NCBI GenBank assembly: GCA_903845135.1
Contig: CAIMWL010000033.1
Location: 1-34,969, forward strand
DNA length: 34,969 nt
Source: an uncultured Bacillales bacterium
Lineage (GTDB): Bacteria > Bacillota_I > Bacilli_A > RFN20 > CAG-826
Reading direction: 5' to 3'
Positions 1 through 10,835 of the stretch are shown in pieces. The position numbers and the translations under genes were made by a program. The first letter of the stretch is position 1. Each line of letters begins with the position of its first letter. The notes beneath the pieces are model-generated. The model worked only from the letters and a program-made list of their open reading frames with translations, did not search any database and had not been told where the DNA came from.

Positions 1-1
1 A

Positions 2-928
<927 letters not shown>

Positions 929-939
929 GGAGAGGGTTT

Positions 940-3510
940 ATGGCAGATAACAAAGATCCAAAAGTCGAAGGTGTCATTCAAGAAGGAATTGAGGCTGGTT
1001 TAAAAGACGTCGATATTTCTAACGAAGTACGGACTGCCTTTTTAGACTACTCCATGTCCGTGATTGTGTCCCGCGCTATTCCTGATGTGCGTGATGGTTT
1101 AAAACCCGTTCATCGTCGGATTATTTTTGGGATGAATGAATTAGGAATGCAATCGGATAAACCCTATAAGAAATCCGCGCGTATCGTTGGGGATGTCATG
1201 GGTAAATTTCACCCGCACGGTGACCAAGCGATTTATTCCACCCTTGTTCGTTTAGCCCAACCCTTCTCGATGCGTTATACGCTTGTTGATGGTCATGGTA
1301 ACTTTGGTTCCGTTGATGGTGATGAAGCGGCAGCGATGCGATACACCGAAGCGAGAATGGCAAAAATGGCGATGGAAATGGTCAAGGATATTGACGATGA
1401 AACGGTTGATTTTGTTGATAACTATGATGGCACCGAAAAAGAACCAGTCGTCTTACCCTCACGCTTTCCTAATCTTTTAGTCAACGGAGGTTCTGGGATT
1501 GCAGTTGGGATGGCGACGAATATGCCTACCCATAATTTAAGAGAAGTTGTCAGTGCCATCAAAGCTTACTCCAAAAATCCAGATATTGATGTTTTAGAAT
1601 TAATGCAAGATCACCTTCAAGGTCCTGATTTTCCAACAGGTGGGATGATTCTAGGTAAAGCTGGCATTCGGCAAGCTTATGAAACTGGAACCGGGTCACT
1701 CGTCATTCGTTCCAAAGTCGATATTCAAGAATTTGAAAATGGTAAAAAACGCATTATCGTGAAAGAAATTCCATATCAAGTTAACAAAGCATCGATGATT
1801 GAAAATATCGCAGACTTAGTGAGAAACAAAGTCATTGAAGGGATCACCGATATTCGTGATGAATCGAATAAGAATGGAATTCGGGTGGTGATTGAAGTTC
1901 GCCGAGACATTATTCCTGAAGTGTTATTGAACCAACTTTATAAACACACGCAACTCCAAGTCAGTTTTGGGATTATTAACCTTGCTTTAGTGAAGGGTCA
2001 ACCCAAAGTATTGCCTTTGAAAGCTTTAATTCAACATTATCTCGATCACCAAATTGAAGTCGTTGAAAGAAGAACGCGTTATCAATTAACGAAAGCAGAA
2101 GATCGTATTCACATCGTCAATGGTTATTTGATTGCAATCAACAATATTGACGCGATTGTGGATATCTTAAAGAAATCAGCAAACATTGATATTGCTCGCA
2201 CGACACTTTCACAACGGTTTAAATTATCAGAAAAGCAAACCAAAGAAATTGTCGACATGCCATTAAGACGGTTAACCGGTTTAGAAAAACAAAAGCTCGA
2301 AGATGAAAAAGTTCAACTTGAAAAGAACATTGCTTACTTCAAACAACTTCTTGGCAATCGGCAAATGGTCGTGGATGTCATCCTTACCGACTTAGATGTC
2401 ATCGCCGAAAAGTTTGGCGATGATCGGATGACGGAAATTTCCGATAATATTTCTTCGATTGAGGATGAAGATCTCATTCCCGAAACTAATATCGTCATTA
2501 CCATGACCCAAAATGGTTATATTAAACGGCAATTACCGGAAGTGTTCCGCACCCAAAATAGAGGCGGACGCGGTGTTAAAGGCGCGGGTTTAAATGAAAA
2601 CGACATCGTTTCCATTATTGTGAATGCCCGAACCCACACTGATATTTTATTCTTCTCGAACTTAGGTAAAGTGTATCGCTTACGTGGGTATCAAATTCCT
2701 GAGTTTGCAAGAACCGCCAAAGGCATCCCGGTTGTGAATTTGTTGAGTTTAGAAAAACAAGAAACGATTAAATCGATTATTTCGGTGGATGAATATACCC
2801 AAGGTCATTACTTATTCTTCGTTACCGAAAAAGGGGTCGTCAAACGTACCGAAATTAAGGAATTTGAATCAATCCGTCAAAACGGAAAGATCGCCATCTC
2901 CTTACGAGATGGAGACATGTTGTTGGATGTGAAACAAACCACCGGTAATTTATTCGTCAGTTTGGCATCATCCACTGGCAAGATGGTAACCTTCCTAGAA
3001 AGTGATGTTCGCGATATGGGAAGAACCGCTGCAGGGGTTCGCGGTATGAAGTTAGCTGAAGGTGCCAAAGTCATTGGTGTATCCACGACCGCAGAAGGTA
3101 AATATATCCTTGTTGTGACCAATAAAGGTTTTGGAAAGATGACCGCTTTTGAAGAATATCGCCAAACCAAACGCGGCGCTAAAGGTGTCAACACCATTAA
3201 AGCTTCGGATAAAAATGGTAATTTAATTGCCTTAAAAGCTGCCAATGGCGACGAAGATTTGTTAGTGGTCACCAAAGCTGGCGTCATTATTCGGATCTCC
3301 TTAACCCAAGTCAGAGTCATTGCTCGCTCCACACAAGGTGTACGATTGATTCGTTTAGGTGAAAAAGAATTTGTATCCTCAATTGCGATAGTTGAACCAA
3401 GTTTAGAAGAACCAACCGAAGAAGTGGAAACGGTTGAATTAGATAATCCCAACGAACCAGAAACCCCAGACACAGACGAAGGGGATGATGACGAAGAAGT
3501 GGAGGCTTAG
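940..3510 (+). CDS. gyrA: DNA gyrase subunit A
   Basis: RAIPDVRDGLKPVHRR, FHPHGD, active-site AAMRYTE, GyrA-box QNRGGRG (argues against ParC), beta-pinwheel repeats and an acidic tail. SD AAGGAG upstream. Confidence 0.97.
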   Translation: MADNKDPKVEGVIQEGIEAGLKDVDISNEVRTAFLDYSMSVIVSRAIPDVRDGLKPVHRRIIFGMNELGMQSDKPYKKSARIVGDVMGKFHPHGDQAIYSTLVRLAQPFSMRYTLVDGHGNFGSVDGDEAAAMRYTEARMAKMAMEMVKDIDDETVDFVDNYDGTEKEPVVLPSRFPNLLVNGGSGIAVGMATNMPTHNLREVVSAIKAYSKNPDIDVLELMQDHLQGPDFPTGGMILGKAGIRQAYETGTGSLVIRSKVDIQEFENGKKRIIVKEIPYQVNKASMIENIADLVRNKVIEGITDIRDESNKNGIRVVIEVRRDIIPEVLLNQLYKHTQLQVSFGIINLALVKGQPKVLPLKALIQHYLDHQIEVVERRTRYQLTKAEDRIHIVNGYLIAINNIDAIVDILKKSANIDIARTTLSQRFKLSEKQTKEIVDMPLRRLTGLEKQKLEDEKVQLEKNIAYFKQLLGNRQMVVDVILTDLDVIAEKFGDDRMTEISDNISSIEDEDLIPETNIVITMTQNGYIKRQLPEVFRTQNRGGRGVKGAGLNENDIVSIIVNARTHTDILFFSNLGKVYRLRGYQIPEFARTAKGIPVVNLLSLEKQETIKSIISVDEYTQGHYLFFVTEKGVVKRTEIKEFESIRQNGKIAISLRDGDMLLDVKQTTGNLFVSLASSTGKMVTFLESDVRDMGRTAAGVRGMKLAEGAKVIGVSTTAEGKYILVVTNKGFGKMTAFEEYRQTKRGAKGVNTIKASDKNGNLIALKAANGDEDLLVVTKAGVIIRISLTQVRVIARSTQGVRLIRLGEKEFVSSIAIVEPSLEEPTEEVETVELDNPNEPETPDTDEGDDDEEVEA

Positions 3511-3513
3511 TCT

Positions 3514-4794
3514 ATGCTCGATCTCCAACTCATTAAAGATCAAACTCAGAAAGTTGTGTCCTTATTGGCAAAAAAAGGCTTTAAGGTCAATTTTGAAGGC
3601 CTACTTCAAGATGCCCAATTACGCAAACAATTGTTGCTAGAAGTTGAACAAGTCAAAGCCGAAGCCAACAAACTTTCTGCTTCAGTTCCCGAAGCAAAAA
3701 AAGCTGGACGTGATGTTCAAGCCATCTTCTCACAAGTAAAAGTACTTAACCAATCCATTCAAGGGAAAGAACAAGAACTTAAGGCTCTCGAAACCAAGAT
3801 TGATCTATTTTTGTTGGAATTACCAAACCTTCCTGATGAAGACCTTAAAGAAGGTGGTAAAGAAAACAACGAAGCGATTCGCATTGTTGGTAAGCAACCC
3901 ACATTCACCTTTAAACTCAAAGACCATGTGGAGGTTGCTGAACATTTAGGAATCATCGATTACCAAAGAGCGGCAAAAATTTCCGGAGCAGGCACGTGGA
4001 TTTATCGTGGCTTGGGTGCCCAACTTGAATGGGCATTGCTCAATTTTTTCATGAGCGAACACCTTAAAGATGGTTATGAAATGGTGTTATTACCACACCT
4101 TTTGAACTATGAATCGGGTTTAACCGCCGGCCAATTTCCTAAATTTAAAGATGACGTGTTTTGGTTAAAGAAGACGGAACCAGAAAAATTTTTATTACCC
4201 ACCGCAGAAACAGGTTTAGTCAACCTTCATCGTGATGAAATTCTAGATGGTTCTTTGTTACCCAAAAAATATTTTGCCTATACCCCATGTTACCGTTATG
4301 AAGCGGGCAGTTACCGCAGTGAAGAACGCGGTATGATTCGCGGTTATCAATTTAATAAAGTTGAATTAGTGCAATATACACGAGAAGAACAAAGTCCAGC
4401 AATGTTCCTTGAATTAGTGACAAAAGCTTCTTCTCTAGTGGAAAAACTTGGTCTTCATTTCCGAGTTTCAAAACTAGCTGCAGGTGATTGTTCACACTCA
4501 ATGGCAAGAACGTATGACATTGAAGTATATATTCCTTCACTTAACATTTATAAAGAAGTTTCCTCCGTATCGAATGCGCGTGACTATCAAGCGAGAAGAG
4601 GTAAAATTCGCTACAAAGATCCAACGACTCAAAAAACCAAATTTGCCCACACACTCAACGCTTCTGCTCTTGCCACATCGAGAATTGTTCCCGCAATATT
4701 AGAACAATACCAATTGGCAAATGGTGACGTTAAAATTCCTAATGTTTTAGTTCCATTCATGGGTGGTTTAACTGTTATTGGCAAACAAAAATAA
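3514..4794 (+). CDS. serS: Serine--tRNA ligase
   Basis: N-terminal coiled coil (MLDLQLI...), LLPTAE, motif 2 YRYEAGS...QFNKVE, YKEVSSVSN...YQARR and HTLNAS. Confidence 0.96.
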   Translation: MLDLQLIKDQTQKVVSLLAKKGFKVNFEGLLQDAQLRKQLLLEVEQVKAEANKLSASVPEAKKAGRDVQAIFSQVKVLNQSIQGKEQELKALETKIDLFLLELPNLPDEDLKEGGKENNEAIRIVGKQPTFTFKLKDHVEVAEHLGIIDYQRAAKISGAGTWIYRGLGAQLEWALLNFFMSEHLKDGYEMVLLPHLLNYESGLTAGQFPKFKDDVFWLKKTEPEKFLLPTAETGLVNLHRDEILDGSLLPKKYFAYTPCYRYEAGSYRSEERGMIRGYQFNKVELVQYTREEQSPAMFLELVTKASSLVEKLGLHFRVSKLAAGDCSHSMARTYDIEVYIPSLNIYKEVSSVSNARDYQARRGKIRYKDPTTQKTKFAHTLNASALATSRIVPAILEQYQLANGDVKIPNVLVPFMGGLTVIGKQK

Positions 4795-5263
4795 TCTAAA
4801 GGCAGAAACCTTTAGCGATGAATATTGGATGAAAGAAGCCTTGGCACAAGCCAAAATTGCTTTTGATTTGGATGAAGTTCCTGTTGGTGCAGTGGTTGTC
4901 TACCAACATCATATTATTGGCCGAGGACATAATCTCAAAGAAAAAAAACACGATGTCAAGGCCCATGCTGAATTAATCGCAATACAACAAGCAAGTGACT
5001 ATCTTCAATCTTGGCGATTAAAAGGTTGCACACTTTATGTCACTTTAGAACCCTGCATGATGTGTACAGGTGGATTGATTCAAAGTCGTATCGATCGGAT
5101 TGTATATGCAGTCAAAGATGAAAAAAGTGGGGCGATTGAATCGCAACTTCAAATCCATAAAATTCCTCGGTTACAACACAAACCCTTAATTCAATCGGGT
5201 GTTTTATCAGCGCCATGCCAAAGCATATTAACACAATATTTTGAGAGCAAACGTCATGAATAA
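4778..5263 (+). CDS. tadA: tRNA adenosine(34) deaminase
   Basis: DEYWMKEAL, EVPVGAVVV, HAE and TLEPCMMC zinc motifs. The TTG start overlaps the end of serS; exact start uncertain. Confidence 0.92.
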   Translation: MANKNNLKAETFSDEYWMKEALAQAKIAFDLDEVPVGAVVVYQHHIIGRGHNLKEKKHDVKAHAELIAIQQASDYLQSWRLKGCTLYVTLEPCMMCTGGLIQSRIDRIVYAVKDEKSGAIESQLQIHKIPRLQHKPLIQSGVLSAPCQSILTQYFESKRHE

Positions 5264-6290
5264 ATTATTAACTTTACCGATTTTCTTTCTCGTGTTAAGT
5301 GGTTGCCGATTAACCCCTTCTTCTGGCTCAAGTATTAGTTCAGCCCTATCCATTCCAATTCCGAATGAAGATTTTAATCCCATTATCAATGGCCGCACCA
5401 TCCTAAAAGAAACCTTAATCGAAACAAGTTATCAAATCGTCAACCCTTCAATCTTGAACCCCTTACCCTTGGCTGAATATAACTTTCCTACGATAGAAGA
5501 TGTCGTAACCCCTTATGCGGTTAGCGATGCAACCCTTGGTGAATTTGCAAACCAAAGCATTCAATTTTCCAACCAACCCCTAGTGATGCCAAACAATGTA
5601 AGCTCCCTAAGTGTCAATCAATCGATTGAAGATCAAGAAGTTGTGCAAGCGCTCTCGACCCTCCAAATCAGTGACGAACGTTTTAATCAATTACAATCAC
5701 GACGTAAACTTCGTGATTTAAGTCATATGTATTTTGGCTCTGATTATTATTGGTTTAATCAATTTGTTGAAGAAGAAGAGATAACGCTCACTCGTTACGG
5801 CAATCCGGTTATTTATGGCCAGTGGCAAATACAAAAAATGTTTCAAACAGAAGTGACTATTCCAATTTCAGTAGACTATCAACTTTATGCAGACGCTTCT
5901 ATGATTTATGAAATTCGTGATGAAACGTACCCCATTGGTTTTTTTGGGGCGCAAGATCAAAAATTTGAAACCATTCGTACCATAGATAATTATAAACTCG
6001 CTTTAACCATGGGACCCATCACAACCATCGTCCAACAATGGCAACGTTTTACAAACAACCAAACACCGAACAATTTTGTTTTTCATGGTGATATCACCCT
6101 TGCCAATCGCTCGCTAACCATAACCAAACTAGCCGCATCACTTTATGAATTTAAAATTGAAGTCTTTATTGGTGCTACATTTGAAACTGCCGATGAGAAT
6201 TACCAAATGCGGGCAGTTCTTCGCGATAGTGAATGGGAAAGTGTTGAACAACACTACCAATTGTGGCAACCAAGCGCTATCAATCCATAA
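5256..6290 (+). CDS. Putative lipoprotein of unknown function
   Basis: ATG at 5256 overlaps the tadA stop. MNKLLTLPIFFLVLSGC has a lipobox (LSGC) followed by a Ser-rich linker. Confidence 0.75.
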   Translation: MNKLLTLPIFFLVLSGCRLTPSSGSSISSALSIPIPNEDFNPIINGRTILKETLIETSYQIVNPSILNPLPLAEYNFPTIEDVVTPYAVSDATLGEFANQSIQFSNQPLVMPNNVSSLSVNQSIEDQEVVQALSTLQISDERFNQLQSRRKLRDLSHMYFGSDYYWFNQFVEEEEITLTRYGNPVIYGQWQIQKMFQTEVTIPISVDYQLYADASMIYEIRDETYPIGFFGAQDQKFETIRTIDNYKLALTMGPITTIVQQWQRFTNNQTPNNFVFHGDITLANRSLTITKLAASLYEFKIEVFIGATFETADENYQMRAVLRDSEWESVEQHYQLWQPSAINP

Positions 6291-6298
6291 TTTGAAAG

Positions 6299-6307
6299 TG
6301 ATAAAAT
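6299..6307 (+). promoter_or_regulatory. Extended -10 promoter element (TGaTAAAAT), probable leaderless transcript
   Basis: TG-n-TAAAAT ends 8 nt before ATG 6316, and no SD is present. Confidence 0.5.
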
Positions 6308-6315
6308 AATAAAAA

Positions 6316-7416
6316 ATGAAAAAAGAAGAATTAACTACCTTAGTTGTTTATGGCGTGATGATTGCGATTGCGATCTTTGTGGGTGTAAATATCATTGCCC
6401 CAGCCTTCACCACCCTTGGGATTACCGGTATTGCGCAATATGGTTATGCAATTGTTACAATCTTTGGTGCCTTTATAATCAATGTTATTTCTTTGGAACT
6501 TGGTCATATCTTAGGTGCTCTTGCAGGTGGGTATTCCATCAACACGGTTAACTTCTTAGGTTTAGCCTTTGTTAGAACAAAGACTGGATTTCGGGTACGA
6601 TTTCAACCCTACGAGGGGTTAACAGGAGAAACTACCGTTACGCCCAAAGCTAAAAAAATTAGACCCCGGCTTTTCTTATGGGGTGGATTGGTTATTTATC
6701 TACTTGAAATCATCTTAGCCTTATTCATTGCCTATGGTTTATTTGGTGAAATGCAATGGGGTCGATATGCGGCGATTGTAGTCGTCGCAGTTGGTGGGAT
6801 GTTAATGATTTATAACTTCATGCCCTTTAAACTCGACACGGTTACAGATGGGTATCGATTAGCAACGCTAACCACAAGCGAAGGCAACGCCGCCTATCTT
6901 GAATTACAACGCATTGAAAAAGCTTACAAAGAAGGCAAAAACCCTCAACCTTTTCAAGTGAGCCAAGATCTCAACAATCTTACGATTCAAATTTATTTCC
7001 ACAAAATCTATCAAGCACTTGTGGATGAAGATTATGAAACGGCAGAAAAAGACTTGAAATACATTTCAACTTCCCCGCGACTCGGTGAAAATCTTCAACA
7101 AAAAATCCTGATGATCAAAACCTTTATCTACTTTATGAGAGTCAAACCCAAAACTGCAAGTACGTTCTACTATAAGCTTGATTCCAAACAAAGAAAGTAC
7201 TTGAGTAATGACACGAACATGATCACCCTTACCACTTATTTATATGTGGCAGGCATGATTGAAGAGTCTTATTCAGAAGCAAGTTATACATTTGAACGGC
7301 AACATGTCGCCATAAAGAAAATTCATGAATCGGGTCGTAAGGCCGCCGAATCAATCCTGTTTGATCGGGTTTTGAAAATGGTGAAAAAGAAAAATCCTGG
7401 TTGGCGTTTTTCCTAA
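6316..7416 (+). CDS. Membrane protein resembling M50/site-2 proteases with degenerate HExxH (LELGH) and a helical, TPR-like C-terminal domain
   Basis: About four TM segments. ISLELGHILGA lies at the HExxH position and YNFMP...TDG matches NxxP...DG. The C-terminal half is soluble and helical. Confidence 0.7.
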   Translation: MKKEELTTLVVYGVMIAIAIFVGVNIIAPAFTTLGITGIAQYGYAIVTIFGAFIINVISLELGHILGALAGGYSINTVNFLGLAFVRTKTGFRVRFQPYEGLTGETTVTPKAKKIRPRLFLWGGLVIYLLEIILALFIAYGLFGEMQWGRYAAIVVVAVGGMLMIYNFMPFKLDTVTDGYRLATLTTSEGNAAYLELQRIEKAYKEGKNPQPFQVSQDLNNLTIQIYFHKIYQALVDEDYETAEKDLKYISTSPRLGENLQQKILMIKTFIYFMRVKPKTASTFYYKLDSKQRKYLSNDTNMITLTTYLYVAGMIEESYSEASYTFERQHVAIKKIHESGRKAAESILFDRVLKMVKKKNPGWRFS

Positions 7417-7449
7417 TTCGTTTATAATTTAAATTAAGGAGTCAACAGC

Positions 7450-7758
7450 ATGTCGTTTATTCAAAGCTTTGTCCCTTTTCTGATACCATTTTTCGCCATC
7501 ACGATTACGCAAAGTCTTATTTATATGAATTTAGCAAAAAAACTTCAATGGAAGATTGTCGTGTTAGGCAATCTTATGTTGTTGGGGATGGGCGTATTAT
7601 TTTCCGTGGTTGGTTTGATTGTTGCCCAAAGTGAACCTGGAAGTTGGGCGGGACTTGGCTTTATTATTCTCTTAAGCATGACCATTATCACCACGATCAT
7701 TTCTTCAGGGATATCCGTTATCATATATGTGCGGCTTCAATCAAAAATGAAGCCTTAA
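7450..7758 (+). CDS. Small 3-TM membrane protein (YesK-like), paralog 1
   Basis: Three hydrophobic segments with loop motif SEPGSWAGLG. TATAAT at 7423 and SD AAGGAG. Confidence 0.7.
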   Translation: MSFIQSFVPFLIPFFAITITQSLIYMNLAKKLQWKIVVLGNLMLLGMGVLFSVVGLIVAQSEPGSWAGLGFIILLSMTIITTIISSGISVIIYVRLQSKMKP

Positions 7759-7773
7759 ACAAGGAGAAAGTCA

Positions 7774-8085
7774 ATGGAAGAAATATTAGGTTTACTGGTT
7801 GCTCTTGGTTTGTTCGTCAGCATTCAATATTGGGTTTATCGCCTTTATTTGAAAACTAAAAAGATAGGATTATCGATTTTACCTAACCTAGGTATTTTGT
7901 TATTTGGAGTAACTTTTGCAATCATTCTAATGGTTACCGCTTCACAAACACCAGGTAGTTGGGGTGATTTAATTGGCATCGTCTTGATTATTTATTCTGT
8001 CGTTGGCAGCGGCTTCTCCACGCTTGTTTCTTTTTTAATGATTTATATACTTAACCAAAGAAAAAACCAACCCAAGAAAAAATAG
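7774..8085 (+). CDS. Small 3-TM membrane protein (YesK-like), paralog 2
   Basis: Three hydrophobic segments with loop motif QTPGSWGDLIG, SD AAGGAG and a basic C-terminus. Confidence 0.7.
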   Translation: MEEILGLLVALGLFVSIQYWVYRLYLKTKKIGLSILPNLGILLFGVTFAIILMVTASQTPGSWGDLIGIVLIIYSVVGSGFSTLVSFLMIYILNQRKNQPKKK

Positions 8086-8094
8086 GTTGGTTTT
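8063..8094. terminator. Probable bidirectional intrinsic terminator overlapping the end of ORF 7774-8085
   Basis: AAAACCAACC-12 nt loop-GGTTGGTTTT between convergent genes. Confidence 0.6.
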
Positions 8095-8110
8095 GATTTA
8101 AGAAAATAAA

Positions 8111-9436
8111 CTACTTACCAGCAATGGTAAGTTTTTTAATGAAGAGACTAGGCACGTCATAACCAGAAGATAATAATTCATTATCACTGGCAACTTCTTT
8201 GACGTTCATGAACATATCCATTAAGTTACCCGCAACCGTGATTAAGGTTAATGGCGTGCTACGTTTACCATTTTCAATCATAAAACCATTCGCTTGCAAC
8301 GAGAAGTTTCCAGAGGTTGGATTTAAACTAGCGTGCACACCCATGACTTCAGTGATGTAAACGCCATCGCCGATTTTTGCAAACAATTCTTCAAGTGATT
8401 TACGACCTGGTTTCAAGACAATGTTTTGGAATCCAACGCCAACTTTACCACCTGATCGATAACCATTACCTGTGGTTTGTACACCGTCTTTGTGGGCAGT
8501 ATTTAAGTTATGGAAATAGGTTTGTAAGACACCTTTTTTCACCACGGTTTTGTTATAGGTGGCAACCCCTTCATCATCGAAATACGTAAAGAAAGCATTT
8601 TTCTTTAATGGCATTTCCATGATCGTCACTTTTTTACTAGCGACAGGTTGATTGAGTTTACCAATCATCAGTGAAGTTTTCTTTTGGACTTCGTCTGCAG
8701 AGGCGTTGTCCAAGTAAGCAGAAAGTAAATCAGCGACCACTTCCTTATCTAAGATTGTTTTGTAATCTTTCGATGGGCATTGGGTGCCACCAAACTTAAT
8801 CAAAGCTTTGCTGATAATTTTATTCACGAAGGTATCAACATTAAACGTGGTAAGGTCGTTTGAGAAATGCACATCGCCTTCACTCTTCCGTTCTTCACCT
8901 TGGATGGCAAGAACCCCAGCGTAGTAATAGTAGTAGTTACTCTTACGTTTAAGTTTTAAACCATACGAGTTCAACAACATCGCTTCTGATTCGCGTTCTT
9001 GATAGCTGCAAGCATTGACTTGGGCAATGCGCTTATCTGCTGCTTTTAATTTACGTTCAATTTCAAATAAGTTTTTCTTCTTAACATCAATTGAAAGCTC
9101 AGCGATTTCAGGATTGTAGACTTTTTTCTTTTTATATTTTTCTGATCCTTTGAAAATAATCGCTAATTCTTCTTTTGTAACGGTGCCAGCATTTGTGATA
9201 ATTTCATTGACTAAGAACTCGGGCGTTTCTTTGGTCATCTTTTCTGTTGAGGCATAACCAATCTTACCTTTGTATATGCCGCGAGCATAAAGTGAAATAT
9301 CTTCCGAAAGCTTATAACCTTCAATTTGGGCATTATATAATTTGAAACTTAACGACTTTGCGCGTGAGTAATAAAGTTCTAGAACCTCGACACCTTTTTC
9401 TTTTGCTAACGCAAAATATGCATCAAACTTTGCCAT
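8111..9436 (-). CDS. pmbA: TldD/PmbA family protein, PmbA (TldE) subunit
   Basis: FDDEGV, TGNGYR, GNFSL and ITVAGN motifs; no HExxxH. ATG at 9436 with SD AGGAGG, 1 nt after the tldD stop. Confidence 0.9.
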   Translation of the reverse strand: MAKFDAYFALAKEKGVEVLELYYSRAKSLSFKLYNAQIEGYKLSEDISLYARGIYKGKIGYASTEKMTKETPEFLVNEIITNAGTVTKEELAIIFKGSEKYKKKKVYNPEIAELSIDVKKKNLFEIERKLKAADKRIAQVNACSYQERESEAMLLNSYGLKLKRKSNYYYYYAGVLAIQGEERKSEGDVHFSNDLTTFNVDTFVNKIISKALIKFGGTQCPSKDYKTILDKEVVADLLSAYLDNASADEVQKKTSLMIGKLNQPVASKKVTIMEMPLKKNAFFTYFDDEGVATYNKTVVKKGVLQTYFHNLNTAHKDGVQTTGNGYRSGGKVGVGFQNIVLKPGRKSLEELFAKIGDGVYITEVMGVHASLNPTSGNFSLQANGFMIENGKRSTPLTLITVAGNLMDMFMNVKEVASDNELLSSGYDVPSLFIKKLTIAGK

Positions 9437-9437
9437 G

Positions 9438-10835
9438 TTATTGTCCTCCTCGGCGACCACCAACGGTGATTTCAGTCACGCGAATGGTTGGTTGACCTAC
9501 GTCGGTTGGAATGCTACCTGAGGCAGCTCCACACATCCCTTGGGCTCTCGCTAAGTCATTAGCGACCATATCAATCTTAGCTAAGGTTTCATCACCCTTA
9601 CCGACTAACGCAGCACCTTTAACCGCTTCAGCAATCTTACCATTCCGAATCATATAACCTTCGGAAACGGTAAAGTTAAATTCACCTGTGGCTGGATTCA
9701 CAGACCCACCACCCATTTTCTTTGCATACAAACCATATTCGGTTGCCGCAATAATTTGTTCGACGGTATGAGGACCATTTTCAATATAGGTGTTGGTCAT
9801 TCTTGAGGTTGGTTCAAATTTATAGTTTTGTCTACGAGAGTGTCCGTTTTGTTCCGCTTTCATACGGCGACCATTAAATTGATCAATCATGAAGCTGTTG
9901 AGCACACCATCTTTAATTAATTGAACTTTTTGTGCCGGGAAACCTTCATCATCGACGTTGGTCGAACCCCAACCAAATGGAATGGTGCCGTCATCAACCG
10001 CGTTCACAATTGGATTCGCCACTTGTTTACCGAGTTTATCCCAGAAAACGGATAACTTCTTGGAGACAGAAGATGCTTCAAATGGGTGACCACATGCTTC
10101 GTGGAAAATAACCCCACCAAAACCATTACCAATCACCACAGGCATTTTGCCGGATGGGCATTCCGCAGCACCGAGTAAGGAGATGGCGCTCTTAGCTGTT
10201 TCCATCGCCATTTCTTTTAATTTAATTTTTGAAGTAAAGAAATCGAAGCCATCACTGGCACCCGGTCCTTCACCAAAGTTTTCAATTTTGCCATTATCTG
10301 CCGCTACCGCAATCATATATAACCTTGCACGGCGACGTGTGTCTTCAACATATCTACCTAACGTGTTGAAAATGGTCACATTCTTTACCATATCATTTAA
10401 GTAAACATTGGTTCTCACAATACGTTTATCAAAACTTGCCATTGTATCATTGACCATTTTTAGTAAATCAATTTTTTGTTTGACTGAAATGGTTTCCATT
10501 GGTTGTGTGGACAAGTTGATGATTTCTTTAACTTTAACTTTTTCTAAAGTTGGTGGCGTTAACACGCGTGGGCCAGAAAAAGCCTTCCCCACATCTTGTG
10601 CTAATTTCATCAAACTCTTCTTCGATAGGTCTGATGTATATCCATAAGCACTTTGTAATCCTTTAAGAACACGAATACCCACACCAAAGCCATTGGTAGA
10701 GACCCGTTCTTCAATTTTGCCATTTTCCATGGAGAGGTTTGAACTTAAAGTATCCTCTAAATACACTTCCGCGAAATCTGCCCCAGAGGCAGTCGCTTCA
10801 AGAAGTAAGGCGCTTGCTAATTTTTTAGAAATCAT
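9438..10835 (-). CDS. tldD: TldD metalloprotease subunit
   Basis: FHEACGH zinc motif, DDEG, SRMTNTYI, GGGSVNP, C-terminal GMCG...GQPT. SD GGAGG. Confidence 0.93.
   Translation of the reverse strand: MISKKLASALLLEATASGADFAEVYLEDTLSSNLSMENGKIEERVSTNGFGVGIRVLKGLQSAYGYTSDLSKKSLMKLAQDVGKAFSGPRVLTPPTLEKVKVKEIINLSTQPMETISVKQKIDLLKMVNDTMASFDKRIVRTNVYLNDMVKNVTIFNTLGRYVEDTRRRARLYMIAVAADNGKIENFGEGPGASDGFDFFTSKIKLKEMAMETAKSAISLLGAAECPSGKMPVVIGNGFGGVIFHEACGHPFEASSVSKKLSVFWDKLGKQVANPIVNAVDDGTIPFGWGSTNVDDEGFPAQKVQLIKDGVLNSFMIDQFNGRRMKAEQNGHSRRQNYKFEPTSRMTNTYIENGPHTVEQIIAATEYGLYAKKMGGGSVNPATGEFNFTVSEGYMIRNGKIAEAVKGAALVGKGDETLAKIDMVANDLARAQGMCGAASGSIPTDVGQPTIRVTEITVGGRRGGQ

Noticed and set aside
1283-4702. 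Short alternative-frame and antisense ORFs inside gyrA and serS (1283-1480, 2877-3473, 3759-3956, 4352-4540, 4484-4702)
   Set aside because: Fully nested in conserved housekeeping genes, with no SD or recognisable motifs; shadow ORFs.
8111-10835. Functional link between tldD-pmbA and nearby gyrAB (microcin B17/CcdB connection) or a RiPP cluster
   Set aside because: No precursor peptide, YcaO or toxin gene was seen; proximity alone is not evidence.
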